Shown here: piece after piece, positions 44,627-59,090 of the stretch
Numbering within the stretch: position 1 is the stretch's first letter
Layout of the letters: each line of letters starts with the position of its first letter
From: Burkholderiales bacterium
GTDB lineage: Bacteria; Pseudomonadota; Gammaproteobacteria; Burkholderiales; SG8-39
Direction of reading: 5' to 3'
Assembly (NCBI GenBank): GCA_036526195.1
Contig: DATCYZ010000033.1
Location: 30,062 to 94,061, forward strand
DNA: 64,000 nt
Translations under genes and position numbers: made by a program
Notes under the pieces: generated by a model
What the model was told of the DNA's origin: nothing
The model's database searches: none
The model's input: only the letters and a program-made list of their open reading frames with translations

Positions 44627-44968
44627 GTGGTGCTTCGCTGGCAGTTCGTTGCCACCGTTTGCATTGCAGGTCTGGCAGGCTGGCAGGCTGGCGTGCATGG
44701 CGCGATGTCCGCGCTGGCCGGCGGTGCCATCAGCATGGTCGCAGGGTGGACGTCAGCGCGTGTTTCGGCGCGCGGGCGGCAGGAGACCGCAGGAGGAATC
44801 CTGCTGTCGGCGATCATCGCCGAGGGCGTCAAGCTTGGCCTGATCGGTGTGCTGCTTGGTCTCGCGTTCTGGCTGTACGGGGAGATGGTGGTCCTCGCGT
44901 TTCTCGGATCGTTCGTGCTGACGGTCCTGATCTTTTCGATGGCATTTTTCGTAAGCGACAGACACTGA
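44627..44968 (+). CDS. atpI: ATP synthase protein I (AtpI); start uncertain
   Basis: Small hydrophobic protein directly upstream of atpB. The track start 44513 precedes the likely promoter. In-frame candidates are TTG 44570, GTG 44627 and ATG 44705. Confidence 0.6.
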   Translation: MVLRWQFVATVCIAGLAGWQAGVHGAMSALAGGAISMVAGWTSARVSARGRQETAGGILLSAIIAEGVKLGLIGVLLGLAFWLYGEMVVLAFLGSFVLTVLIFSMAFFVSDRH

Positions 44969-44972
44969 ACCC

Positions 44973-45776
44973 ATGGCCGCCGGCAAGGAACTCACCCCGA
45001 CCGAGTACATCAGCCATCACCTGACCCACGGGGCCGGGCAGATCGGCGACGGCGGGTTCTGGACGATTCATTACGACTCGCTGATCACGGCGATCCTGCT
45101 CGGCGTCGTCGGCCTCGGGCTGATCTGGCTGGTGGTGCGCAACGCCACCGCCGGGGTGCCAGGACGCCGCCAGGTGTTCATCGAACTGCTGGTCGGCTTC
45201 GTCGACAACCAGGTCAAGGGCATCTTCCACCACGGCGATCGCAACGCGTTCATCGCGCCCGCCGCGCTCACGGTGTTCGTCTGGGTGATGCTGATGAACT
45301 CGATGGACTTCCTGCCGGTGGACATCGTCGCCAAGGGCACCCACCTGGTCGCGCCGGACGGATTTCGCATCGTGCCGACCGCGGACGTGAACACCACCTT
45401 CGCGCTGGCGATCACCGTCTGGCTGCTGATGCTCTATTTCTCGGTTGCGGCCAAGGGTTTCGGCGGCTGGATGCGCGAGCTCTTCTGCTCGCCCTTCGGC
45501 AAGATGCTGTTCCCCGCGAACCTGCTGTTCAACGCAATCGAGTACCTGTCCAAGCCGCTGTCACACTCGCTGCGACTCTACGGCAACATGTACGCGGGCG
45601 AGATCATCTTCCTGCTGCTCTGGATGTGGGCGGCCACCGGCTTGGTGGGCACAGTGTTCGGATCGGTCCTCGCGCTGGGCTGGGCGATCTTCCACATCCT
45701 GATCGTCACGCTGCAGGCCTATGTCTTCATGATGCTGACCGTCGTGTATCTCTCGATGGCGCATGATCACCACTGA
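44973..45776 (+). CDS. atpB: F0F1 ATP synthase subunit a
   Basis: 267 aa with the conserved [13 protein letters not shown] arginine motif. Confidence 0.95.
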   Translation: MAAGKELTPTEYISHHLTHGAGQIGDGGFWTIHYDSLITAILLGVVGLGLIWLVVRNATAGVPGRRQVFIELLVGFVDNQVKGIFHHGDRNAFIAPAALTVFVWVMLMNSMDFLPVDIVAKGTHLVAPDGFRIVPTADVNTTFALAITVWLLMLYFSVAAKGFGGWMRELFCSPFGKMLFPANLLFNAIEYLSKPLSHSLRLYGNMYAGEIIFLLLWMWAATGLVGTVFGSVLALGWAIFHILIVTLQAYVFMMLTVVYLSMAHDHH

Positions 45777-46094
<318 letters not shown>

Positions 46095-46123
46095 GTCGAC
46101 GTTCGTTTCGTGAGGGGGTCCGC

Positions 46124-46594
46124 ATGAACATCAACCTGACGCTGTTCGCGCAGGCGATCGTTTTCGCGGCGTTCATCTTGTTCACGGTGAAGTTCATCTG
46201 GCCGCCGCTGCTGCGTGCCATGGAGAGCCGCCAGAAGACGATCGCCGACGGACTGGCCGCGGCCGAGCAGGGCAAGAAGTCGCTGGAAACCTCGGCGAAG
46301 CAGGCCGAGGAAGCCATTCGCGAGGCGCGCGATCGCGCCGCCGAGATCATCGCCGGGGCCGAGAAACGCGCCGCGCAGATGATCGAAGAGGCCAAGACCC
46401 AGGCGAAGGAAGAGGGCGGCCGGGAGAAGGCCGCCGCCAAGGCCGAGATCGCGCAGGAAGCCGCGCGGGCGCGCGAGCAGTTGCGCGACCAGGTGGCCTC
46501 GCTTGCCGTGGCCGGGGCCGAGAAGATCCTGCGCCGCGAAGTCGACGCCAAGGCGCACGGCGACCTGCTCGACGCGATCCGCAAGCAGCTCTGA
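46124..46594 (+). CDS. atpF: F0F1 ATP synthase subunit b
   Basis: 156 aa with an N-terminal TM followed by a long Ala/Glu/Lys-rich helix. Confidence 0.92.
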   Translation: MNINLTLFAQAIVFAAFILFTVKFIWPPLLRAMESRQKTIADGLAAAEQGKKSLETSAKQAEEAIREARDRAAEIIAGAEKRAAQMIEEAKTQAKEEGGREKAAAKAEIAQEAARAREQLRDQVASLAVAGAEKILRREVDAKAHGDLLDAIRKQL

Positions 46595-46604
46595 TCCCGG
46601 AACC

Positions 46605-47141
46605 ATGGCCGAACCCAAGACCGTAGCGCGACCGTACGCAGAGGCCGCCTTCAAGATCGCCGATGCGGCAGGCCGGCGCGTGGAGTGGTCGGCGATGCTG
46701 TCGGCCCTCGCGCAGGTCTCGGCCGATGCGCGCGTGCGCACCGAGATCGGCGACCCGTCGCGCTCGGCGGGGCAGGTCTCGGGCCTGTTCCTCTCGATCC
46801 TTGCCGGCAAGCTCGACGGCGATGCCGAGAACTTCGTCCGCGTGCTGGCGGAGAACGGCCGGCTCGAATTGCTCGAGGAGGTGCGCGGCCAGTTCGACGA
46901 GCTGCGCAACACGCGCGAAGGCGTGGTCGAGGCCGACGTCTACACGGCCTTCGAGCTTGACGCAGGCCAGCTTGCGGCGCTCGTCGCCGGGCTGGAGAAG
47001 CGCACCGGGCGCAAGGTCACCGCGCGCACGCAGATCGACAAGGAGCTGATCGGCGGCGTGCGCGTCGTGATCGGCGACAAGGTATTCGACGGCTCGGCGC
47101 GGGCGCAGCTCGCGGCACTCGAGACGGCACTGAAAGCTTAG
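46605..47141 (+). CDS. atpH: F0F1 ATP synthase subunit delta
   Basis: Track ORF 46503..47141 trimmed to ATG 46605 ([16 protein letters not shown]...), the typical delta/OSCP N-terminus. Confidence 0.92.
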   Translation: MAEPKTVARPYAEAAFKIADAAGRRVEWSAMLSALAQVSADARVRTEIGDPSRSAGQVSGLFLSILAGKLDGDAENFVRVLAENGRLELLEEVRGQFDELRNTREGVVEADVYTAFELDAGQLAALVAGLEKRTGRKVTARTQIDKELIGGVRVVIGDKVFDGSARAQLAALETALKA

Positions 47142-47149
47142 GAGAACGC

Positions 47150-48697
<1,548 letters not shown>

Positions 48698-48746
48698 GCA
48701 CGCATGACCGGGGCGCGCCGCGAGGCGCGCGCCGCACGGAGAACGA

Positions 48747-51072
<2,326 letters not shown>

Positions 51073-51081
51073 GGAGCACGC

Positions 51082-51504
51082 ATGGCCTCCACCATCCAGG
51101 TCGACGTCGTCAGCGCCGAAGAGTCCATCTTCTCCGGCCCGGCGGAATTCGTCGTGCTGCCCGGGGAGGCCGGCGAACTCGGCATCTATCCGCGCCACAC
51201 GCCGCTCATCACCCGCATCCGGCCCGGCGCGGTGCGCATCAAGCCGCCGGGCGGCGGCGACGAGGAACTGATCTTCGTCGCGGGCGGCATCCTGGAAGTG
51301 CAGCCGGCGCAGATCACCGTGCTCGCCGACACCGCGATCCGCGGCCACGACCTCGACGAGGCGAAGGCGAACGAGGCGATCAAGCAGGCCGAGGAAGCCC
51401 GCGCCAAGGCGCAGGACAAGCAGGAGATCGCCGCGGTCGAGAGCGAACTGTCGATGCTCGCCGCGCAACTCGCCGCGATCCGCAAGCTGCGCAACAAGCG
51501 CTAG
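51082..51504 (+). CDS. atpC: F0F1 ATP synthase subunit epsilon
   Basis: 140 aa; last gene of the atp operon. Confidence 0.93.
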   Translation: MASTIQVDVVSAEESIFSGPAEFVVLPGEAGELGIYPRHTPLITRIRPGAVRIKPPGGGDEELIFVAGGILEVQPAQITVLADTAIRGHDLDEAKANEAIKQAEEARAKAQDKQEIAAVESELSMLAAQLAAIRKLRNKR

Positions 51505-51518
51505 CGCGGGCTCACCGC

Positions 51519-52214
51519 TCAGGCCGGCCCGGGCGTCCGGGCCTCTTCCCGTTCCGGCAACTGCAGCAACGCGCGCTGCGCCGCATCGGGCGGCGTGCGC
51601 AGTCCCAGCGCGCGCAATTCGTACACCCCCAGCGGCTCGACCATGAAGACGTGCGCGAACCCCGCCCGTTGCAGCGCGGCGGCGAGCGCGCGCCGCGTGA
51701 AGCCCGTCTTGTGCGCATAGAAGTCGTTGCCGCTCTCGGCGATCGCGCGGCCATAGCCGTAGATCACGTCGCGCAACGTGATCGGCCCCGCCGGCGCGTC
51801 GTAGAGCCGGTCCTCGATGTCGGCGTCCTGCGCCACCATGTGGCGGGCCACCGCGGCCAGGTCGGGCACGCGGATCTCGACGAAGCCCTGCGCGCGCGTC
51901 ACGTGCGCGAACCCCGCCAGCACCACGGCCACCTCGTGCGCGTGGTAATGCTCGAGGTTGTGCGAGCAGTAGACCGCGTCGAAGAGCCCCGCCGGCAGGC
52001 GGATGAGCTCGCGCGCGTCGAGCAGCACGTCGGGCCGCAGCTCGGGGTCGACGTCGAGCCGCAGTGCCTTCCACGCGGCGTAGTGCCTCGGCAGGCGGAT
52101 CACCTCGCTGCCGGCACCGACGCTGAGCACGTTCGGCCGCGCGCGATCGAGCGGCACCGCGGGCGCGGGCGGCGCGGCGCGGTGAAACGCGCGGGAGAGC
52201 ATTCGCAAGAGCAT
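51519..52214 (-). CDS. putative class I SAM-dependent methyltransferase-like protein
   Basis: 231 aa with a motif I-like VLSVGAGSE and the downstream acidic/aromatic pattern (DAVYCSHNLEH) seen in Methyltransf_11/23-type proteins. Assignment is tentative. Confidence 0.55.
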   Translation of the reverse strand: MLLRMLSRAFHRAAPPAPAVPLDRARPNVLSVGAGSEVIRLPRHYAAWKALRLDVDPELRPDVLLDARELIRLPAGLFDAVYCSHNLEHYHAHEVAVVLAGFAHVTRAQGFVEIRVPDLAAVARHMVAQDADIEDRLYDAPAGPITLRDVIYGYGRAIAESGNDFYAHKTGFTRRALAAALQRAGFAHVFMVEPLGVYELRALGLRTPPDAAQRALLQLPEREEARTPGPA

Positions 52215-52258
52215 GGTCGGCGCATGATACCGGGCGCTGCTGCAGGGGTTCCACTATC

Positions 52259-53932
52259 ATGGCCCGCGCCCCCGCCATGCTAGCCCGCCTGTTCCGGTCC
52301 CTGTTCGCCAAGCGGCGCGCCGCGCAGCCGGCGGCGCGCGAAGTCCTGCATGCCGAGGCGGGCGTGCGGGCGCTGCTCGACGAGGCGGCGCGGCTCGGCA
52401 ACCAGGGAAAGACCGGCGAGGCCACGGCGCGACTGCGCGAAGTGCTCGCGCGCGAGCCGACGAATGCCGAGGCGCGCCACACGCTCGGGGTGCTGGCGCA
52501 ATGGGCCAACCGGCACGAGGAGGCGCTCGATCATTTCGTCGCCGCGATCGACGCGCCCGGCGCCGAGGCGCACCCGCTCTATCCGCTCTTCCTCGCGAAC
52601 CGCGGACGCCTGCACGTCTGGTTCGGCGACCTCGATCGCGGCTTCGCCGACCTCGATCGCGCCATTCGCCTCAAGACCGACCTCGCCTTCGCGCACAGCG
52701 TGCGCCTGATGGCCTCGCAGTACCGTCCCGGCCTCGACCCGGTGGCCACGCGCGAGTTGCACCGGACGTGGGCGGCGCTGTTCGCCGACCCGCACACGCC
52801 CGCGGCACCGATGCAAAGCGGAGCGCGCGACCGCGGGCGGCGCCTGAAAGTTGGCTATGTCTCGCCCGATTTCCGGCGTCATTCTGTGGCCTGGTTCTTC
52901 GAGCCGCTGCTCGCGCACCGCGACGCGGCGCGCTTCGAGGTGATCCTCTATTCCTCGAGCGCCAGCACCGACGAGGTCAGCGCGCGCCTGCGTGCGCAGG
53001 CCGACGGCTGGCGCGACATCACGGCGCTGGACGATGCCGCCGCCGCCCGCCGCATCGCCGAGGACGGCATCGACCTCCTCGTCGACCTCGCCGGCCACAC
53101 CAGCGGCAACCGGCTCGGCGTCTTCGCGCGCCGGCCCGCGCCGGTGCAGATCACCGTGCTCGGCTACCCGGCGACCACCGGCATGCGGGCGATGGACTAC
53201 CGGCTGAGCGACGCCCGGGTCGACCCGCCCGGCGCGAGCGACGCGCACTACACCGAACGGCTGATCCGCCTGCCGCGCTGCTTGTGGTGCTTTCGCGCGC
53301 CGCTCTCGCCGCCGGTCGGCCCCCTGCCCGCGCTGAAGAACGGCTTTGTCACCTTTGGTTCGTTCAACAACGTCGGCAAGCTATCGGATGCCTGCCTTGC
53401 GCTGTGGGCGGGCGCGCTCAAGGCGGTGCCGCGCTCACGCCTTCTGATCGCCGGCGCGGAATCCTGGGAAACGCGATTGCGCATCCAGGAGCGCTTCGAC
53501 GAACTCGGCATCGATGGCGCGCGCATCGCCTTCGAGGGCAAGCGCGACTACGCGGGCTTCCTCGCGCTGCGCGACGCGGTCGACATCGCGCTCGATTCCA
53601 CGCCCTTCGGCGGCGCCACCACCACCTGCGATTCGCTGTGGATGGGCGTGCCGGTGCTGGCGCTGGTGGGCGATCGCTGTGCCTCGCGCGCCTGCTACTC
53701 GATCCTGCACAGCGCGGGGCTGGAGGACTGGGCGTCCGCCGATGCCGCCGCGTTCGCCGCGGCTGCCGCGGCACGCGCCGCCGACCTGCCCGCGCTCGCG
53801 ACCCTGCGCGCGGGCCTGCGCGCGCAGGTCGCGGCCTCGCCGCTTTGCGACGAGGCCGGTTTCGCGCGGGAGACCGAAGCGGCCTACCTCGCCGCGTGGC
53901 GCACCTGGTGCACCGGGGGCGGCGCGGCCTGA
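52259..53932 (+). CDS. TPR-repeat protein with C-terminal GT41 (O-GlcNAc transferase / SPINDLY-like) glycosyltransferase domain
   Basis: N-terminal TPR-like repeats. C-terminal LKVGYVSPDFRRHSVAWFFEPLL...DLLVDLAGHTSGNRL...ITVLGYPATTGMRAMDYRLSD...FGSFNN matches the bacterial OGT-like family pattern. Confidence 0.75.
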   Translation: MARAPAMLARLFRSLFAKRRAAQPAAREVLHAEAGVRALLDEAARLGNQGKTGEATARLREVLAREPTNAEARHTLGVLAQWANRHEEALDHFVAAIDAPGAEAHPLYPLFLANRGRLHVWFGDLDRGFADLDRAIRLKTDLAFAHSVRLMASQYRPGLDPVATRELHRTWAALFADPHTPAAPMQSGARDRGRRLKVGYVSPDFRRHSVAWFFEPLLAHRDAARFEVILYSSSASTDEVSARLRAQADGWRDITALDDAAAARRIAEDGIDLLVDLAGHTSGNRLGVFARRPAPVQITVLGYPATTGMRAMDYRLSDARVDPPGASDAHYTERLIRLPRCLWCFRAPLSPPVGPLPALKNGFVTFGSFNNVGKLSDACLALWAGALKAVPRSRLLIAGAESWETRLRIQERFDELGIDGARIAFEGKRDYAGFLALRDAVDIALDSTPFGGATTTCDSLWMGVPVLALVGDRCASRACYSILHSAGLEDWASADAAAFAAAAAARAADLPALATLRAGLRAQVAASPLCDEAGFARETEAAYLAAWRTWCTGGGAA

Positions 53933-53936
53933 GGCT

Positions 53937-55046
<1,110 letters not shown>

Positions 55047-55114
55047 TGCCGAACTCCTTGTCGATGCGTTCCAGCGGCCATGCTAGCCGAGGCGCGCGCC
55101 TCGCGCCCCGCGCG

Positions 55115-55801
55115 CTACGGCTGTTTCGCGTAGGGCTCGTCGCGGGCGACGAACTCCGGCTCCTTCAGCGCCGCCTCGCGCCATGCACGGTAGCTCCGGG
55201 TGCCGAGCAGCGCCGACTGGTAGGCCTTCGCCTCGCCATCGAGTTTCACGCCGTAGGTGACGAAGCGCGAAGCCACCGGGGCGAAAAAGGCATCCGCTGC
55301 GCAGTACGCGCCGAAGAGGAAATCGCCGCCCCGGCCAAACTGCTTTCGAGCCGCGGTCCAGTTCGCGCACAGGCGCGCGATCTCCGCCGCCACCGCGTCG
55401 TTCATGCCCTTGCCGGGATGACTGCTGCGGAGGTTCACCGGCATCGCGCCGCGCAGCGCGCTGTAGCCGGCGTGGAAGTCGGCGCACAGCGATCGTGCGC
55501 GGGCGCGCGCCTGCGCATCGGCCGGCCAGAGATTCAGCTTCGGGAACAACTCGTGCAGCCGCTCGGCGATCGCCAGCGTGTCCCAGGTCGCGAAGCCGGT
55601 GCCCGGCGCGCCTTCCCAGAGCACCGGCACAAGGCCCGAGGGCGAGAGCGTGCCGATGTGCGTCGCCCAGTCCCCGGAGTCGAACTTCAGCATGCGTTCG
55701 CTGAACGGGATGCCGAGTTTGGTCATGGCGAGCCAAGGCCGCATCGACCAGGAGGAGTAATTCTTGTTGCCGATGACGAGGGTGAGGGGCGCCGTGGACA
55801 T
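55115..55801 (-). CDS. glutathione S-transferase family protein
   Basis: 228 aa with a thioredoxin-like N-terminal GST domain (NKNYSSWSMRPWL...VPVL) and a helical C-terminal domain, upstream of adhC on the same strand. Confidence 0.8.
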   Translation of the reverse strand: MSTAPLTLVIGNKNYSSWSMRPWLAMTKLGIPFSERMLKFDSGDWATHIGTLSPSGLVPVLWEGAPGTGFATWDTLAIAERLHELFPKLNLWPADAQARARARSLCADFHAGYSALRGAMPVNLRSSHPGKGMNDAVAAEIARLCANWTAARKQFGRGGDFLFGAYCAADAFFAPVASRFVTYGVKLDGEAKAYQSALLGTRSYRAWREAALKEPEFVARDEPYAKQP

Positions 55802-55882
55802 GGTGCGATCGCCGGGATGGGAAGCGTCGCATTGTGGGCGAAGCCGTCGCGGACCTGCAAGCCGCGGCGGTGCGCCCGTCCG

Positions 55883-55914
55883 GGCAAAATGTTCCCGATC
55901 GGGAACATTTTGCC
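55883..55914. repeat. perfect 32-bp palindrome GGCAAAATGTTCCCGATCGGGAACATTTTGCC
   Basis: All 16 symmetric base pairs were checked position by position. It lies between the small-membrane-protein genes and the GST-adhC pair. Confidence 0.95.
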
Positions 55915-55970
55915 GTCGCCGGCGCGCTGCCGAAGCCGGCGAGCGACGCGTCGGGGGGCCAGGGAGGAGG

Positions 55971-56234
55971 CTAGCCCTGCGACGCGCGCTCGCCGCCGCG
56001 GTCCGGTTGATCCCTTGAAGGGGTGATGCTGGTCAGCGCGGGGCTCAGCCAGTGGCGGGCGTCGCGCCACACGGTCTCGGCGAGCCGCGCCGCGCCGACG
56101 GCGCCGAGGAGGAATACGGCAAGGGCGATCGACGCGCGCAGCAGCGGCCGCGGCGCGACCGGCGTCCGCACCGGCGTTGCCGGCCAGGCGCATTCGACGC
56201 CGAGCGGCACCTCTTCGGCGCGCGGCGCGCTCAC
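55971..56234 (-). CDS. hypothetical small single-pass membrane protein (87 aa)
   Basis: GTG start in a GTGA overlap with the upstream stop. One hydrophobic helix (LLRASIALAVFLLGAVGAA). Third-codon positions are mostly G/C. Confidence 0.5.
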   Translation of the reverse strand: MSAPRAEEVPLGVECAWPATPVRTPVAPRPLLRASIALAVFLLGAVGAARLAETVWRDARHWLSPALTSITPSRDQPDRGGERASQG

Positions 56235-56533
56235 AGCGTCCTCCGGACGACCTCGGCTTCGACGTCCACCGGCACCGGCGGCAGCACTTCGGTGCCGCGC
56301 GGCGCCGGGAGGCTATGGCGCGCGCCGGGCGTCGACGAGGGGCTGTAGCGTTCCACCACCGCGCCGGGGATCGCCTGCGCCACCTCGGGCTGCGAGGCCT
56401 GGCTCGCGAACAGCAGCGCCACCGCGCCGAGGGTCAGCCCGGCGGCGATGCCGGCGGCGCCGGCGAGCAGCAGGAGCGAAACGAAGTCCAGCGCAACGAC
56501 GCGGGTGGCGGGCAGGATCATCGGACGGTGCAT
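56231..56533 (-). CDS. hypothetical small single-pass membrane protein (100 aa)
   Basis: ATG 56533 is preceded by an AGGAG RBS. One TM helix (VALDFVSLLLLAGAAGIAAGLTLGAVALLF). Almost all codons end in G/C. The longer track start 56635 has no RBS. Confidence 0.6.
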   Translation of the reverse strand: MHRPMILPATRVVALDFVSLLLLAGAAGIAAGLTLGAVALLFASQASQPEVAQAIPGAVVERYSPSSTPGARHSLPAPRGTEVLPPVPVDVEAEVVRRTL

Positions 56534-56687
56534 GGCGGCTCCTTGCGTGGTGTGGCCTTGTTCGATGCCATTGCACCGCCCCGCCGGGGCGCGGCGGCGC
56601 AGCGCGCAGGGAAAAGCGCGGATCAATTCTGGCAATCCCGTGGCAGGCGGCGGCGCGGCAGAGCCGATCGGCTATAGTCCGCGCACC

Positions 56688-57377
56688 ATGGCTCGCCGCA
56701 TCGCGCTGGTCGAAGACGACCCGGTCATCCGCGCCAACTACGTCGAGGCGCTGCGGCGTCACGGCTTCGAGGTGGCCGCCTACGCCAGCCGCCCTGAGGC
56801 GCTCGCGGCGCTGAAGACCCGGCTGCCGGACCTCGCGCTCATCGACATCGGCCTCGGCGCCGACATCGACGGCGGTTTCGAGTTGTGCCGCGAATTGCGC
56901 GCCCTTTCGGCCACGCTGCCGATCCTCTTCCTCACCGCGCGGGACAGCGACTTCGACGTGGTCGCCGGCCTGCGCCTCGGCGCCGACGACTACCTCACCA
57001 AGGACGTCAGCCTGCCGCATCTGATGGCGCGCATCGCCGCGCTGTTCCGCCGCGCCGAGCTTTCCGGCGAGGCGCAACCGGCCGAGGAGCGCCTTGCGCG
57101 CGGGCCGCTCGCGCTCGACCTCAAGCGTTTTTCAGTGGCGTGGAACGGCACGCCGGTGGAACTCACGCTGACGGAGTTCTGGATGGTGCATGCCCTCGCC
57201 CGGCATCCGGGCCACGTGAAGAGCCGCGAGCAGCTGATGCGCGACGCCAACCTCGTGGTCGACGACGCCACCATCACCTCGCACGTGAAGCGGTTGCGGC
57301 GGAAGTTCCAGGCGGTGGACGCGTCCTTCGACGCGGTAGACACCGTCTACGGCATCGGCTACCGCTGGAAGGAATAG
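56688..57377 (+). CDS. OmpR/PhoB-family response regulator
   Basis: Track ORF 56448..57377 trimmed to ATG 56688 (MARRIALVEDDPVIR...). Receiver plus winged-helix C-terminus (...VDTVYGIGYRWKE). Confidence 0.88.
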   Translation: MARRIALVEDDPVIRANYVEALRRHGFEVAAYASRPEALAALKTRLPDLALIDIGLGADIDGGFELCRELRALSATLPILFLTARDSDFDVVAGLRLGADDYLTKDVSLPHLMARIAALFRRAELSGEAQPAEERLARGPLALDLKRFSVAWNGTPVELTLTEFWMVHALARHPGHVKSREQLMRDANLVVDDATITSHVKRLRRKFQAVDASFDAVDTVYGIGYRWKE

Positions 57378-57382
57378 CGCGC

Positions 57383-59014
57383 GTGCGCTTCGGCCTGCGC
57401 TCGAAGCTGGTGCTCGCGGGCGCTGCAGTGCTGGTGGTGCCGGTGGCCGGCGTGCAGTACGTGAACGAGATGGAGCGCGTGCTGCTCGAGGGCCAGTCGC
57501 GCACCCTGGTGGCGACGGCGCGCGCGGTGGCCACCGCGCTGCACGAGCGCCCGCACCTGCTGAGCGCGCTGCCGGACCACGATGATGCCCTGCGCCGCGA
57601 GGCCGAGGCGGAGCTTCAGCGCCTCACCGGCCACGAGCCGGCGCCCGGCGAAGCCTCGCCGGTGGCGCTCGCGCGCGAGGCGGCGCTGCGCGCGGTGCGC
57701 GCGCAGGAGGAGATCGCGGCGATCCTGAAAGGCCTGGAGCGCACCACCTCGCGCATCTGGGTGGTGAACCGGCGCTACCAGGTGCTGGCGCTCGCGGGCA
57801 GCCTCGCGGGGCCTGCGCCGGCTGCGTCGCAGGGCGCGCTGGCCGTGGCCTGGCGCCGCTTCGCCGGCTGGGTGATCGGCGCGCCGGGCGAGCCCTACAC
57901 CGTCAGCCTGCCCGACGACGTGCTGGCCACCGGGCGCGACATCTCGGCGGCGCTTCAGGGCGCGCCGGGCACGCGCTCGCGCCGCACGCCGGACGGCGGC
58001 GCCATCGTGGTGTCCGCGGCACACCCGATCTGGGCAGGCAACGAGGTGGCCGGCGCGGTGGTGGTCGAGGAAACCACGCTGCCGATCGCTTCGCTGCGCA
58101 GCGAGGCGCTCGAGCGGCTGCTGGTGCTGACGCTGGCCGCGGTGTTCGCGGCGGCGCTGGTGCTGATCGGATTCGCTTCGCGGCTGTCGCAGCGCATCCG
58201 GCGCCTGCGCGACGAGGCCGAATCCGCCATCGACGCCCGCGGCCACATCACGCCGCTCGCCACCGCCAGCCGCGCAGGCGACGAGATCGGCGACCTGTCG
58301 CGCAGCTTCTCCACCATGCTCGCGCGCCTCGCCGAACACCAGAGCTACCTCGAAAACATGGCCGGGCGGCTGTCGCACGAGCTGCGCACGCCGATCGCGG
58401 TGGTGCGCTCTTCCCTGGAGAACCTCGCGCCCGACCAGCCTGCCGAGGACACGCGGCGCTATCTTGCGCGCGCCGAGGAAGGCCTCGCGCGGCTCACCGC
58501 CATCCTGCAGCGCATGACCGAGGCCTCGCGACTCGAACAGGGACTCTCGAGCGCCGAGCGCGAACGCTATGACCTGGTACCCGTGGTGCGCGGCTGCGTC
58601 GAGGGCTACCGGCTCGCCTATCCGGCCACCCCCTTCGAGCTCGAGTTGCCCGAGACGCGGATCGAAGTCGAGGGCTCGCCCGACCTCGCCGCGCAGCTGC
58701 TCGACAAGCTGGCCGAGAACGCGGTCGACTTCGCCCGCCCCGGCACCCCGGTGCGCGTGCAGCTCGAGGACCGCGCCGGCGAGGCGCGGCTCACGGTGAC
58801 CAACACCGGCGCCCCGCTGCCCGAGGCGATGCGCGCGCGGCTGTTCGATTCCATGGTCTCGGTGCGTGCGCCCGGCGAGGCCGGCACGCCGCACCTCGGC
58901 CTCGGCCTGTATGTCGCGCGGCTGATTGCCCGTTTCCACGGCGGCAGCATGGAGGCGGAGAACCTCGCCGATGCCGTGGCAGTGCGCGCCCGCCTGCCGA
59001 TCGCCTGGCGCTGA
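57383..59014 (+). CDS. sensor histidine kinase
   Basis: GTG at 57383, 5 nt after the regulator stop. N-terminal TM, periplasmic-size domain, second TM, H-box RLSHELRTPIAVVRSSLENL and an HATPase C-terminus. Confidence 0.85.
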   Translation: MRFGLRSKLVLAGAAVLVVPVAGVQYVNEMERVLLEGQSRTLVATARAVATALHERPHLLSALPDHDDALRREAEAELQRLTGHEPAPGEASPVALAREAALRAVRAQEEIAAILKGLERTTSRIWVVNRRYQVLALAGSLAGPAPAASQGALAVAWRRFAGWVIGAPGEPYTVSLPDDVLATGRDISAALQGAPGTRSRRTPDGGAIVVSAAHPIWAGNEVAGAVVVEETTLPIASLRSEALERLLVLTLAAVFAAALVLIGFASRLSQRIRRLRDEAESAIDARGHITPLATASRAGDEIGDLSRSFSTMLARLAEHQSYLENMAGRLSHELRTPIAVVRSSLENLAPDQPAEDTRRYLARAEEGLARLTAILQRMTEASRLEQGLSSAERERYDLVPVVRGCVEGYRLAYPATPFELELPETRIEVEGSPDLAAQLLDKLAENAVDFARPGTPVRVQLEDRAGEARLTVTNTGAPLPEAMRARLFDSMVSVRAPGEAGTPHLGLGLYVARLIARFHGGSMEAENLADAVAVRARLPIAWR

Positions 59015-59090
59015 GCCGGATCGGGGACGCGGCGCGGGCGTCGCGGGCTAGAATTCGCCCTCTTCAATCTGCCCAGCGCGCGGCTTCAAC

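Noticed and set aside
55900-55914. A sigma54-like -24/-12 element (GG-N-TTGC) within the right half of the 32-bp palindrome.
   Set aside because: The GG to GC spacing is one base short of the canonical TGGCAC-N5-TTGC geometry, and the -24 region lacks the GGCAC core.
56023-56814. 263-aa + strand ORF covering the small-membrane-protein region and the response-regulator promoter.
   Set aside because: The translation is an Arg/Ala/Pro-rich low-complexity string. It is antisense to two ORFs with good RBS and third-position codon bias, and it runs through the regulator's start.
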